NCBI GenBank assembly: GCA_965220965.1 | Contig: OZ244852.1 | Location: 224,001-288,000 of the forward strand | Source of the DNA: Candidatus Marinacidobacterium sp. | GTDB lineage: Bacteria; Acidobacteriota; Vicinamibacteria; Marinacidobacterales; Marinacidobacteraceae | Length of the DNA: 64,000 nucleotides | Reading direction: 5' to 3' | Shown: positions 37,297 to 47,522 of the stretch, in pieces | How the letters are laid out: the number at the start of each line of letters is the position of its first letter | Numbering within the stretch: position 1 is the stretch's first letter | The notes under the pieces: generated by a model | The model's input: only the letters and a program-made list of their open reading frames with translations | Database searches by the model: none | What the model was told of the DNA's origin: nothing | Translations under genes and position numbers: made by a program

Positions 37297-39113
37297 CTGA
37301 AGCACGAAACCGGACCGCCGGCGACTGCCGGACACTCGTGACCGCGGCGGCGCTCCTGTCGTTGCTGGCCCTCACGCCGCTTCAGGTCTCGGCCCAGACC
37401 CCGGAAGAAGTGCGGGGCGATGTCCTGGCGCTCACCGCGCCCGGAACCGACGGACGGGCCGTTGGCACGCCGGGGGCGGCGCAGGCGCGGCGTTACCTGA
37501 TCGGCGAGCTGGCGGCGACCGCGGCGCGTCCGCTGCCGGGACGCGACCAGTTCGGGATCCCGTTCGCCTTCGTGGCCCGGGTCACCGATATCGGCTCGAT
37601 GCTGCGCGCCGGGGGCCACAAGCGCTTCGCCAGCGACCAGGTCCGGGCGTTCGCATTCTCGGAGACCGGGGAGGTCCGCGGCGAGCTCCACTTCGCCGGC
37701 TACGGGATCCGGCTTCCCGAGGGGACGGAACCCTCCTACGACAGCTACGCCGGCCAGGACGTGCGGGACAAGGTCGTCGTCGCGCTGCGCTACTTCCCTG
37801 ACGGCGCCGAGGGCGAGGAGCGGGCTGCGTTCCAGCGTCACTCGGGTCTGCGCGACAAGGTGATCGCCGCCCGGGAGGCGGGAGCGGCGGGCCTGGTCAT
37901 CGTCACCGGCCCCCTCTCCCCGAACCCGGGTGAGTTCGCGCCGGACGGCTTCGACATTGCGGCGCCGGGCGGACAGGGGCTGGTGGCGGTTTCGGTGGAT
38001 GGCGCCGCCGCCGAGGGACTGTTCGCCGGCAGCGGGCGGGATCTCGCCGATGTCCAGCGCGAGCTGGACGGTGGAAGTCTCGCGGATGGCGCGTTCCCGC
38101 TTCCCGGGTTCGCCACGCTGAGCGTCGATCTCGAGCGGGAGCGCGGAACCGGCGCCAACGTCGTGGGGATCCTCCCGGCTGCCGACGGAAGCTATGGGCC
38201 TCCCTGGATCGCCGTCGGGGCCCACTACGACCACCTGGGCTCGGGCGGCTCGGGATCGCTGAACCCGCACGGCTCGCCGGAGATCCACCCCGGCGCCGAC
38301 GACAACGCCTCGGGGACGGCCGCCGTCCTCGCCCTCGCCCGCCGGGTCTCGGAGACTCCGCTCGCCCGGCCGCTCCTCGTCGCCTTCTGGTCGGGAGAAG
38401 AGTCGGGCCTTCTCGGCTCGACGGCGTTCGTTCGGGACGAGATCGGCGCCTCGGACATCCTCGCCTACATCAACCTGGACATGGTGGGACGCCTCGAGGA
38501 GAACCGGCTCAGCGTTCAGGCGCTCGGCTCCTCGAGCATCTGGCCCGGCGTCGTGGAGCGGGCGAATGTCCCGGCCGGGTTCGACCTCGCGCTGAGCGAC
38601 GACCCCTACCTGCCGACCGACTCCTCGGCGTTCAACAGCGCGGGAGTCCCCACCCTGAACCTGTTCACCGGGACCCATCCGGATTACCACACCCCGGCCG
38701 ACACCGCTGACAAGCTGAACTACGAGGGGCTGGCGCGCGTCGGGCGGTTCGCCTGGCTCGTCGCCCGGCGGGTGGCGGACCTGGAGGACGCCCCGGACTT
38801 CGTTCGCGTCGAGCGCGACGCTGACCAGGTCCCGGCGCGCTCCTCGATGAGCGCCTACACCGGGACGATTCCCGAGTACGCCACCGAGATCGAGGGCCTT
38901 CTCCTCGGCGGCGTCATGGCGGGGGGCCCGGCCGAAGCGGCGGGGCTGCGCGCCGGCGACGTGATCGTGGAGTTCGCCGGGGCCGCGGTCGGCAACATCT
39001 ACGACTACATGAACGCGCTGGGAGGCGTCCGCATCGGCGTATCGATCGAGGTGGTCTACCTCCGCGACGGAGAGCGGTTCACCACGACGCTCACGCCGAC
39101 GGCCCGCCCCTGA
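37293..39113 (+). CDS. M28 peptidase with PA and PDZ domains
   Basis: GAHYDHLG, GADDNASG, GEESG, NLDMVG, YHTPAD; C-terminal PDZ. Confidence 0.9.
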   Translation: MTEARNRTAGDCRTLVTAAALLSLLALTPLQVSAQTPEEVRGDVLALTAPGTDGRAVGTPGAAQARRYLIGELAATAARPLPGRDQFGIPFAFVARVTDIGSMLRAGGHKRFASDQVRAFAFSETGEVRGELHFAGYGIRLPEGTEPSYDSYAGQDVRDKVVVALRYFPDGAEGEERAAFQRHSGLRDKVIAAREAGAAGLVIVTGPLSPNPGEFAPDGFDIAAPGGQGLVAVSVDGAAAEGLFAGSGRDLADVQRELDGGSLADGAFPLPGFATLSVDLERERGTGANVVGILPAADGSYGPPWIAVGAHYDHLGSGGSGSLNPHGSPEIHPGADDNASGTAAVLALARRVSETPLARPLLVAFWSGEESGLLGSTAFVRDEIGASDILAYINLDMVGRLEENRLSVQALGSSSIWPGVVERANVPAGFDLALSDDPYLPTDSSAFNSAGVPTLNLFTGTHPDYHTPADTADKLNYEGLARVGRFAWLVARRVADLEDAPDFVRVERDADQVPARSSMSAYTGTIPEYATEIEGLLLGGVMAGGPAEAAGLRAGDVIVEFAGAAVGNIYDYMNALGGVRIGVSIEVVYLRDGERFTTTLTPTARP

Positions 39114-39123
39114 CTCTGACCCA

Positions 39124-40950
39124 TTGAAGAAGCGGCTCGCGGCCGTCCCCACCGAGCGCGTCCGCAACTTCTGCATCATCGCCCACGTGGACCACGGGAA
39201 GTCCACGCTCGCCGACCGGCTGATCCAGCGCTGCGGCGGCGTCAGCGACCGGGAGTTCCGCGACCAGCTTCTCGACTCGATGGACCTCGAGCGCGAGCGC
39301 GGGATCACGATCAAGTCGAACACCGTCTCGCTGTTCCACGAGGGAGCGGACGGCGAGACCTACCAGCTCAACCTCATCGACACCCCCGGCCATGTCGACT
39401 TCTCGCACGAGGTGCGGCGCTCGCTCATGTCGTGCGAGGGAGCCCTGCTGCTGGTCGACGCCGCCCAGGGAGTCGAGGCGCAGACCGTCGCGAACCACTT
39501 CGTGGCGATGGAGTACGACCTCGAAGTCGTGCCGGTCATCAACAAGGTGGACCTGCCGGCGGCGGATCCGGACCGCGTGCTCGAGGAAATCGACGAGGAG
39601 CTGGGGCTCGATCCGTTCTCGGCGCTGCTCGCCTCGGCCAAGAAGGGCGATGGTGTGGACGAGATCATCGCCGCCATCGTGGAGCGGATCCCTCCGCCCG
39701 GCGGCGACGCCGGGGCGCCGCTCCGGGCGCTGATCTTCGACGCGCAATACGACGCGTTTCGCGGGGTCGTGCTGCTGCTTCGGGTCGTGGACGGATCGGT
39801 CCGGCCCGGAGACCGGGTGCGGCTCATGCGCGGGGAGAGGGTCTACCAGGTGGAGGAAGTCGGGCGGCTCGGACTGAAGCGGGCGCCGGTGGACGCGCTC
39901 GGCGCCGGGGCGGTGGGCTACGCGATCTGCGGGATCCGCCGGATCCGGGAGATCACGATCGGCGACACGCTGACGGTCGCCGGGGACACCGGGGCCGAGC
40001 CGCTTCCCGGCTACCGGGAGGCCCGCCCGGTTGTGTTCAGCTCGGTCTATCCGATGTCCACCGACGACTACGGGGTGCTGGAGAGCGCCCTCGACAGGCT
40101 GGCGCTCAACGACCCGGCGCTCACCTTCGAGCGCGAGTCCTCGACCGCGCTCGGCTTCGGATTCCGCTGCGGGTTCCTCGGCCTGCTCCACCTCGACGTG
40201 GTCCAGGAGCGGCTCCAGCGCGAGCACGGCCTGTCGCTGCTGATCTCGGCGCCCAGCGTGCGCTACCACGTCACGACGAAGGACGGGGAGACCCGGGACG
40301 TGGAGAACCCCGCCTACTACCCCGATCCGGCGGTGATCGAGGGCGCCGAGGAGCCCTACATCCGGGCGACGATCCTGATCCCCGAGCGCTCGGTCGGCCC
40401 GGTCATGGAACTCCTCACCGAGCGCCGGGTGGCGCGCACCGGGATGAACTACCTGTCCGCCCGCCGGGTGGAAATCCACGCCGAACTCCCGCTCGCCGAG
40501 GTGCTGTTCGACTTCCACGACCGGCTCAAGACCGTGACCCGAGGCTACGGGAGCTACGACTACGAGCTGCTCGACTACCGGGCCACCCGCCTGGTCAAGG
40601 TGGACATCCTGGTGAACGGGGACCGGGTGGATGCGCTCAGCCAGCTCGTCCACGAGGAGAAGGCGCGTCCCCGGGCGCTCGCCTACTGCGAGCGGCTGGC
40701 CGAGGCCATCCCGATGCACAACTTCAAGATCGCGGTCCAGGGAGCGATCGGCGGCAAGATCATCGCCCGGACGAACATCCGGGCGCTCCGCAAGGACGTC
40801 ACCGCCAAGTGCTACGGGGGGGACATCACCCGCAAGCGGAAGCTGCTGGAGAAGCAGAAGGAAGGGAAGCGGCGGATGAAGCAGGTGGGCAACGTCCAGA
40901 TCCCGCAGTCAGCCTTCGTCGCCGTCCTGAAGTCGAGTCCCTCGGCGTGA
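39124..40950 (+). CDS. lepA: Elongation factor 4
   Basis: IAHVDHGKSTLADR, DTPGH, NKVD, KCYGGDITRKRKLLEKQK. Confidence 0.97.
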   Translation: MKKRLAAVPTERVRNFCIIAHVDHGKSTLADRLIQRCGGVSDREFRDQLLDSMDLERERGITIKSNTVSLFHEGADGETYQLNLIDTPGHVDFSHEVRRSLMSCEGALLLVDAAQGVEAQTVANHFVAMEYDLEVVPVINKVDLPAADPDRVLEEIDEELGLDPFSALLASAKKGDGVDEIIAAIVERIPPPGGDAGAPLRALIFDAQYDAFRGVVLLLRVVDGSVRPGDRVRLMRGERVYQVEEVGRLGLKRAPVDALGAGAVGYAICGIRRIREITIGDTLTVAGDTGAEPLPGYREARPVVFSSVYPMSTDDYGVLESALDRLALNDPALTFERESSTALGFGFRCGFLGLLHLDVVQERLQREHGLSLLISAPSVRYHVTTKDGETRDVENPAYYPDPAVIEGAEEPYIRATILIPERSVGPVMELLTERRVARTGMNYLSARRVEIHAELPLAEVLFDFHDRLKTVTRGYGSYDYELLDYRATRLVKVDILVNGDRVDALSQLVHEEKARPRALAYCERLAEAIPMHNFKIAVQGAIGGKIIARTNIRALRKDVTAKCYGGDITRKRKLLEKQKEGKRRMKQVGNVQIPQSAFVAVLKSSPSA

Positions 40951-42167
40951 GGCCGCCCCCGGAGCCCCAGGCGCCGGGGATCTACGTCCACGTCCCCTTC
41001 TGCCGCCGCGTCTGTCCCTACTGCGACTTTGCGGTGGCGCCGCTCGGACGCTCGGGCGCCCGCGGCGTCGAGTACTACCGGGAGGCGCTGCTCGCCGAGA
41101 TCGGACTGCGGGCGGGCCCGCTCGGGGCGGACAGCATCTACTTCGGAGGCGGGACGCCGTCGCTGCTCCCTCCCGACGGGCTGGAGGAAATCGTCTCGGC
41201 GCTCGTCGCATCCGGGCTCGCCGCTCCCGACGCCTTCGTGACGCTCGAGGCGAACCCGGAGGACCTCACCCACACGCCCGACCTCGCGCGGGCCTGGGCG
41301 GGCTCCGGGGTCTCGGGCGTGAGCCTCGGCGCCCAGTCGCTCGATGAGGACCGGCTCCGGTTTCTGGGTCGCCTCCACACCGCCGACGCCGTGCGAGACG
41401 CGTCGCGGCGCCTCGCCGAGGCTGCGATCCGCTGGATTTCGGTGGACCTCATCTACGGAACCGCCGGGCAGGGGCTCGAATCGCTCGAGAGGGAACTGCG
41501 GGCCGCCGCCGACCTCCCCGGCGTGACCCACCTGTCGGCTTACGAACTCACGGTGGAAGAGGGCACTCCCTTCGGGCGACGGGCGGCTCGCGGCGAGCGA
41601 CTGGCGGCCGAAGAGGGCGCGGGCGGCGCCGCCTTTCGCCGCGTTCACGAGACGCTGGAGGACTGTGGACTCCCGGCCTACGAGGCCTCCAACTTCGCCC
41701 GCTCGGAACGCCACCGGTCCAGGCACAACCCCAAGTACTGGACGGGGACCGCCTACCTGGGACTTGGTCCCTCGGCCCATTCCTTCGACCCGTCCCGGGC
41801 GGAGCGGAGCTGGAACGAGCGCGCGGTTGGCCCGTGGCGGGACGCGGTGGAGCGACGAAGTATCCCGGTGGCCGGCCGCGAGGTCCTGTCTCTCCGGGAG
41901 CGGGCGCTCGAGGCGGTCTTCCTCGGCCTCCGGACCGCGTGGGGGATCGACCTCGACGACTTCGCCGCCCGCTACGGCGCGGAGTCGGTCGCGGCGAACA
42001 GCGATCGGTTCCATCGCTGGGAAGCCGAGGGGCTCGCCAGGATGACCTCAGGCGCAGCCGAAGGCCGCCTCGCACTCACCCTCGCTGGGCTGGCGGTTGC
42101 CGACGCGCTGGCGCGCGAGGTGGACCTCGAGTCGGTGAACGCCGATCCGCGCGCCGCGGCCGCATGA
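40947..42167 (+). CDS. hemW: Radical SAM heme chaperone
   Basis: YVHVPFCRRVCPYCDF, GGGTPS, HNPKYW; downstream of lepA. Confidence 0.9.
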   Translation: MRPPPEPQAPGIYVHVPFCRRVCPYCDFAVAPLGRSGARGVEYYREALLAEIGLRAGPLGADSIYFGGGTPSLLPPDGLEEIVSALVASGLAAPDAFVTLEANPEDLTHTPDLARAWAGSGVSGVSLGAQSLDEDRLRFLGRLHTADAVRDASRRLAEAAIRWISVDLIYGTAGQGLESLERELRAAADLPGVTHLSAYELTVEEGTPFGRRAARGERLAAEEGAGGAAFRRVHETLEDCGLPAYEASNFARSERHRSRHNPKYWTGTAYLGLGPSAHSFDPSRAERSWNERAVGPWRDAVERRSIPVAGREVLSLRERALEAVFLGLRTAWGIDLDDFAARYGAESVAANSDRFHRWEAEGLARMTSGAAEGRLALTLAGLAVADALAREVDLESVNADPRAAAA

Positions 42168-43510
42168 CCCCGGCCTCCGACACCAGGACCGCCGCCCGGA
42201 TGGCGCCGGTGGCGTCCGGCCCGCTCGGCTTCGGGCGGATGTTCCGGATGTGGCTCCCGATGGCCGCGACCTGGATCATGATGTCGATGGAGGGGCTGCT
42301 GGTCGCGGCGCTCGTGGGCCGGTTGCCCGACTCCACCGTGAACCTCGCCGCCTACGGGGTGGCGTTCGCCTTCGCGCTGATCGTCGAGTCCCCGATCATC
42401 ATGCTGCTGAGCGCCTCGACCGCGCTCTGTTCGGATCGCCAGGCGTTCCACGCGCTGCGCCGGTTCGGCGCCATCCTGAATCTCACCCTGACCGCGCTGA
42501 TGGTCGCGTGGGTTCTGTCGCCGCTGTATCCGTACGTGGCGACCGATCTCATGCGGCTCGATCCGGAGGTGGCCGAGCTGAGCCGCATCGCGATGCTCGT
42601 GCTCGTTCCGTGGCCCGCCGCCATCGGCTACCGCCGCTTCTACCAGGGGATCCTGATCCGCCAGGGCTACACCCGGCGGGTGGCCTACGGAACGGTCGTG
42701 CGCTTCGCCGGCATGGCGGTGACCGCGCTGGCCCTCTACAACGCCCCGATCCCCGGGGCGCTCGTCGGGGCGGCCGCTCTCTCGGTGGCGGTCGTGGTGG
42801 AGGCGATCTGCACCCGCTGGATGGTGGCCTCCGGGGTGCGGAAGGTCGTTCTGACGCCGCACGCGGGGGACCCGCTCACCACCCGGAAGATCCTCCACTT
42901 CTACATCCCGCTGCTCATCAGTTCCGTCATCGCGCTCGCGATCCATCCGCTCGTCAACCTGTTCCTTGGACACTCCCGGCTGGCGCTCGAATCGCTCGCC
43001 ACCTACCCGGTGGTCGCCGCGCTCTCGTTCGTGTTCCGCAGCATGGGGCTGTCGTTCCAGGAGGTCGCCATCGCCACGATGGACGGGACGCGCGCCCGGA
43101 TCCGCGAGCTGCTCCGCTTCGCGCTCGGACTCGGCCTCGTGGCGAGCGCGGCTCAGGGGCTCATCGCGTTCACGCCGCTGGCCGGCCTGTGGTTCGGCGG
43201 GGTGAACGGGCTCACCGGCGATCTGGTGGGTCTCTCCGTTGATGCGCTCGAAGTGCTCGTCGTGATGCCGCTCGCGTCCGTGTCGCTCGCGTTCTGCCGG
43301 GCGCTGCTGGTGTGGGCGGGGGAGACCCGGGCGATCACCTGGGCGGGGTTCCTCGAGACGGCGGCCGTGATCACGATCCTTTGGGTCCTCATCCAGCCGT
43401 GGGGGATGATCGGGGTCTTCGCGGCCTCCTGGGCGGTGCTGCTGTCGCGCTTCATCGACCTCCTCGCGCTCTGGGGCTGGTCCGTCCGGGTCGTGCGCCG
43501 GATGGCGTAG
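42164..43510 (+). CDS. MATE/ANKH-like multi-pass membrane protein
   Basis: About 12 TM helices; WLPMAATW, ESPIIMLL. Confidence 0.7.
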   Translation: MTPASDTRTAARMAPVASGPLGFGRMFRMWLPMAATWIMMSMEGLLVAALVGRLPDSTVNLAAYGVAFAFALIVESPIIMLLSASTALCSDRQAFHALRRFGAILNLTLTALMVAWVLSPLYPYVATDLMRLDPEVAELSRIAMLVLVPWPAAIGYRRFYQGILIRQGYTRRVAYGTVVRFAGMAVTALALYNAPIPGALVGAAALSVAVVVEAICTRWMVASGVRKVVLTPHAGDPLTTRKILHFYIPLLISSVIALAIHPLVNLFLGHSRLALESLATYPVVAALSFVFRSMGLSFQEVAIATMDGTRARIRELLRFALGLGLVASAAQGLIAFTPLAGLWFGGVNGLTGDLVGLSVDALEVLVVMPLASVSLAFCRALLVWAGETRAITWAGFLETAAVITILWVLIQPWGMIGVFAASWAVLLSRFIDLLALWGWSVRVVRRMA

Positions 43511-43520
43511 CCAGCGAGCT

Positions 43521-44618
43521 TCAGTCGGGCTGGTCGCCGCCAGGTCCGGGAGGCTCGCCGGGCAGGGGCTCCGCGAGCGAGACCTCGCGGCCGAGGCGCG
43601 AGGAGTGGCGGATCGCCTGGACCACGCGCAGCGAGCGCAGCGCCTCCTCCCCGGTGAGGACCGGGTCGCGGTCTTCGCGGACGGCGTCCGCCATGTCCTG
43701 GAGCTGGACCCGGTGGCGGGTCTGCGGGTAGGCCCAGGGATCGTCGGTGTCCACCCAGTCGGTCGTCTCCGGCAGGTTCGGGGGCCCGGGAGAACCGTCG
43801 ACCTCCCAGACCAGGAACCGGTCGTACTGGGCGTTCGCCACGACCGTCCCCCGCTCGCCGTGGATCTCCAGCCGGGAGAGCAGCGCCGGCCGCAGCGAGG
43901 TCGTGCTGGTCACCGTGCCGAGCGCCCCGTTCCCGAACCGGAGCAGCGCGACGGCGGTGTCTTCGACCTCGATCGCGTGGCGCTTCGTCGCCACCCGGCC
44001 GGTCACCGCCGCGACCGGGCCGACGAGGTGCTGGAGCAGGTCCACGATGTGGATCGACTGCGTCATCAGGCAGCCGCCCCCTTCGAGCGCCTCGGTCCCC
44101 CGCCAGGCGGCGCGGTCGTAGTAGGCGGCGGTCCGGCTGGACTTGTCGATTGCGTCGGCGAGGTAGATCTCCCCGAGGCCGCCGGAACCAAGCAGCCGGC
44201 CGAGTTCGCGGGCCACCCGCCCGAACCGCATCTGGAAGATGACGCCGAGGCGCACCCCGGCGGCCCGGCAGGCGGCGATCATCCGGTGGGCCGCCTCCAG
44301 GTTCGCTTCCAGCGGCTTCTCCACGAGGGAGTGCTTCCCCGCCTCGGCGGCGGCGATCGTCATCTCGGCGTGGCGCCCCGTCGGGGTGAGCACCGCCACG
44401 ACATCCACTTCGGGGTCCAGCACGAGCTCCCGGTAGTCGGTGGTCCACCGCCGGGCGCCGTGGGCCTCGGCGAAGGCGCGCGCCTGATCCGGATTCCGGG
44501 AGGCGACCGACACGAGCTCCGCCCCCTCGACGAAGCGCAGCTCGGAGGCGACGAACCCCCCGGACATGCCGGTCCCGATCAGCCCGAACCCAACGGGGCG
44601 GCGCGATCCGGTTCCCAC
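43521..44618 (-). CDS. Gfo/Idh/MocA oxidoreductase
   Basis: GLIGTG, EKP motif, GGGCLMTQSIH. Confidence 0.9.
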   Translation of the reverse strand: MGTGSRRPVGFGLIGTGMSGGFVASELRFVEGAELVSVASRNPDQARAFAEAHGARRWTTDYRELVLDPEVDVVAVLTPTGRHAEMTIAAAEAGKHSLVEKPLEANLEAAHRMIAACRAAGVRLGVIFQMRFGRVARELGRLLGSGGLGEIYLADAIDKSSRTAAYYDRAAWRGTEALEGGGCLMTQSIHIVDLLQHLVGPVAAVTGRVATKRHAIEVEDTAVALLRFGNGALGTVTSTTSLRPALLSRLEIHGERGTVVANAQYDRFLVWEVDGSPGPPNLPETTDWVDTDDPWAYPQTRHRVQLQDMADAVREDRDPVLTGEEALRSLRVVQAIRHSSRLGREVSLAEPLPGEPPGPGGDQPD

Positions 44619-44649
44619 GCCGCCACCGTATCAGCGGCGGCCGCTTCCC

Positions 44650-45999
44650 TCAGGCGGGGCGGGTGCGGCGGAAGACGGCGTAGGCGGCGAGGCCGAGCGC
44701 GAGGAAGCCGAGCGAGAACCAGACGCCGGAGCGGGGGCCGGTGAAGAAGAGGCCGATCCAGAGCGCGAGCGAGAGGAGCGCCGGGATCGGGTAAAGCCAC
44801 ATCCGGAACGGCTGCGGGATGTCCTTCCGGTAGCGGGCGAGGAGCAGAACGGCCACGCACTGCCACGCGAAGCGGAGCAGGATCTGGACCTGCATGAGCC
44901 AGTTCACCAGTTGGCCCAGGCTGAAGAAGCAGAACGGGATCGACGCAGCGATGAGCCAGAGCAGCGACACGTGGGGGAAGCCGCGGGTCGGGTGGACGCG
45001 CCCGAAGATCGCGAAGAACTGCCCGTCGCGGGCGGCGGCGTAGGGCATCCGGGAATACCCGAGCGCGAAGGCGAACACCGACGCCACCGCCACGATCAGG
45101 ATGAGGGCCGTGATCAGCGAACCGGCCATGGCGGCGAGCCCCGGATCGCTCACCGTGCGGGCGATGAAGATGGACGCGAGCGTCGTGCTCTGCGCCGCCT
45201 CTTCCCAGGGGATGGCCGCCAGCATGACGGTCGTCATGCCGATGTAGAGCAGCGCGACGACGAGGATCGAGACCAGGATCGAGCGGGGGATGGTCCGCGC
45301 CGGGTCCTTCACCTCCCCCGCGATGTTGCAGACCTGGTTGTAGCCCCCGAAGCTGTACATCGCGATCACCGAGGCCGCGCCGAGGGTCGTCCAGAAACCC
45401 GGTCCCCAGCCATCGGGGGGCGTGAGCGCGGGCGGCGCCGGGGAATGGAGCAGACCCGAGACGATCACCCACCCGGTCGTCGCGATCACCAGCGCCAGCA
45501 TCACCTTGGAGAGCCGCTCGACCGACTCGATGTTCCGGTAGAGCAGGAACAGCACGAGGAGACAGACGCCGGCGGCGGCGAGGTCGTGCCCCCATCCCGA
45601 CATGTCCGGCAGGTAGTAGCCGAGGTAGTCGGCGAAGCCCACCGCGCCGCCGGCGAGGGAGAGCGGCGCGACCAGCAGGATGTGGAACAGGAACAGGAAC
45701 GCCATCAGGCGTCCCAGCCCGAACGGGCGGAACGCCTCGCGGAGGTAGATGTACGGCCCCCCGGTTCCCGGCAGCGCCGCGCCGAGCTGCGCGTAGACCA
45801 GCCCGTCGGCGAGCGAGAGCAGCGCTCCGAGGAGCCACGCCCACACGATGTGCGGCCCGCCCATCGCGGCCACCATGAGCGGAATCGTCAGGAACGGTCC
45901 GATGCCGACCATCCCGATGATGTTCGTGGCGGAGGCCCCCAGCAGGCCCATCCGCCGCTCGAGCCCGTCGCCCGGAAGGCCGGTCCCCGACTGCGTCAT
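44650..45999 (-). CDS. APC family amino acid/amine permease
   Basis: MVGIGPF, GGPYIYL, GEVKDP, SRMPYAAARDG. Confidence 0.9.
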   Translation of the reverse strand: MTQSGTGLPGDGLERRMGLLGASATNIIGMVGIGPFLTIPLMVAAMGGPHIVWAWLLGALLSLADGLVYAQLGAALPGTGGPYIYLREAFRPFGLGRLMAFLFLFHILLVAPLSLAGGAVGFADYLGYYLPDMSGWGHDLAAAGVCLLVLFLLYRNIESVERLSKVMLALVIATTGWVIVSGLLHSPAPPALTPPDGWGPGFWTTLGAASVIAMYSFGGYNQVCNIAGEVKDPARTIPRSILVSILVVALLYIGMTTVMLAAIPWEEAAQSTTLASIFIARTVSDPGLAAMAGSLITALILIVAVASVFAFALGYSRMPYAAARDGQFFAIFGRVHPTRGFPHVSLLWLIAASIPFCFFSLGQLVNWLMQVQILLRFAWQCVAVLLLARYRKDIPQPFRMWLYPIPALLSLALWIGLFFTGPRSGVWFSLGFLALGLAAYAVFRRTRPA

Positions 46000-46076
46000 C
46001 GCCCCGGATGTTCTCACGGGCGGTCCCCGGCGCGATCCGGGAAGGCGCGCGCCCTTCGGCGGGAGCGCCGCCGCGA

Positions 46077-46739
46077 TCAGTCCCGGTCGGGCTGCGACAC
46101 GAGCCGCAGGTAGGGCTTCGGCGCCCGCCAGCCGTCGGGGTACTTCTTCCGGGCTTCGTCGTCGGAGACGGCCGGGACGATGATCACGTCGTCGCCGTCC
46201 TTCCAGTTCACCGGAGTGGCGACCTGGTGGGCGGCGGTGAGCTGCATCGAGTCGAGAACCCGGAGCACCTCGTCGAAGTTCCGTCCGGTCGTCATCGGGT
46301 AGGTCAGGGTCAGCCGGATCCGTTTGTCCGGCCCGATCACGAACACCGACCGGACCGTCATGTTCTCGGCCGCCGTGCGGTTCCCGCTCCCCAGCGCGTC
46401 CGGATGGATCATGTCGTAGAGCTTCGCCACCGCGAGGTCATCGTCCCCGATCAGCGGGTAGTCGACCCGGTGTCCCTGGGTCTCCTCGATATCGGACGCC
46501 CAGGCGGCGTGGTCTTCCACCGGGTCCACGCTGAGGCCGATGACCCGGCAGTTGCGCCGCTCGAACTCGGGGCGCAGTCCCGCCATGTAGCCGAGCTCGG
46601 TGGTGCAGACCGGGGTGAAGTCCTTGGGGTGCGAGAAGAGGATGGCCCAGCCGTCCCCGATCCACTCGTGGAAACGGATCGTTCCCTGCGTGGTGCGCGC
46701 GGTGAAGTCGGGCGCGATGTCGCCGATGCGGAGACTCAT
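46077..46739 (-). CDS. 1-Cys peroxiredoxin (Prx6)
   Basis: FSHPKDFTPVCTTE, GRNFDEVLR. Confidence 0.95.
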   Translation of the reverse strand: MSLRIGDIAPDFTARTTQGTIRFHEWIGDGWAILFSHPKDFTPVCTTELGYMAGLRPEFERRNCRVIGLSVDPVEDHAAWASDIEETQGHRVDYPLIGDDDLAVAKLYDMIHPDALGSGNRTAAENMTVRSVFVIGPDKRIRLTLTYPMTTGRNFDEVLRVLDSMQLTAAHQVATPVNWKDGDDVIIVPAVSDDEARKKYPDGWRAPKPYLRLVSQPDRD

Positions 46740-47518
46740 GCGGTCTGCTCCTGTCGGGGCGCCGCTCGCCGGCCTGCGACGCGCACCAGCTCGTCGAACA
46801 GCGCCTGGTCCACCCCGCCGTGGAGCCGCTCGGGGTGCCACTGGACGGCGTGGGCCCACCAGTCGGGGTCGGCGGCGCCGTTCCCGTTCCGGAACTCGAG
46901 GCCCTCGACGGTGCCGTCCGGCGCGCGGGCGACGACCGCCAGCCCGGCGCCGAGGCGGTCCACCGACTGGTGGTGGATGCTGTTCACGCTCCGTTCTCCG
47001 GCGCCGAGCGCGTCCGCGACCAGGCTGCCCGGGTCGATGATGACCGGATGGCGGAACGCCAGGGTGGCTTCCGGATCCTCGGGGATGCGGGGGTGGTTGG
47101 CCCTGCCGGAAATGTCCTGGTGGAGCGAGCCCCCGAGCGCCACGTTGAGCGCCTGGAGCCCGCGGCAGATCCCGAAGACCGGCAACCGCCGCGTCCGGGC
47201 GGCGAGCACCAGGGCGATGTCCCAGGAGTCTTCTTCGTGGTCGATGTCGGCGCTCACGCCCTCATCCTCACCGGTGTAGCACGAGGGCGAGATGTCGCCG
47301 CCCCCGGTCAGGACCAGACCGTCGAGGTGCGCGACGAGCTCGTCCGTCGCCGCGAGCGGCGCGGGGGGAAGCACGACCGGGATCCCGCCCGCCCGGCGGA
47401 CGGCGTCCACGTACTCCTCGGCGAGGGTGTAGAGCGATTCGTTTCCGAGGATCGTGTCGACCCGGCGCTTCCAGGTGGTGAGCCCGATGCGCGGTCGCGG
47501 CTGTGGCCCGTCGGTCAT
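46736..47518 (-). CDS. Gamma-glutamyl-gamma-aminobutyrate hydrolase-like (peptidase C26, PuuD-like)
   Basis: TGGGD, GICRG, VNSIHHQ, QWHPE. Confidence 0.9.
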   Translation of the reverse strand: MTDGPQPRPRIGLTTWKRRVDTILGNESLYTLAEEYVDAVRRAGGIPVVLPPAPLAATDELVAHLDGLVLTGGGDISPSCYTGEDEGVSADIDHEEDSWDIALVLAARTRRLPVFGICRGLQALNVALGGSLHQDISGRANHPRIPEDPEATLAFRHPVIIDPGSLVADALGAGERSVNSIHHQSVDRLGAGLAVVARAPDGTVEGLEFRNGNGAADPDWWAHAVQWHPERLHGGVDQALFDELVRVAGRRAAPRQEQTA

Positions 47519-47522
47519 CGTC

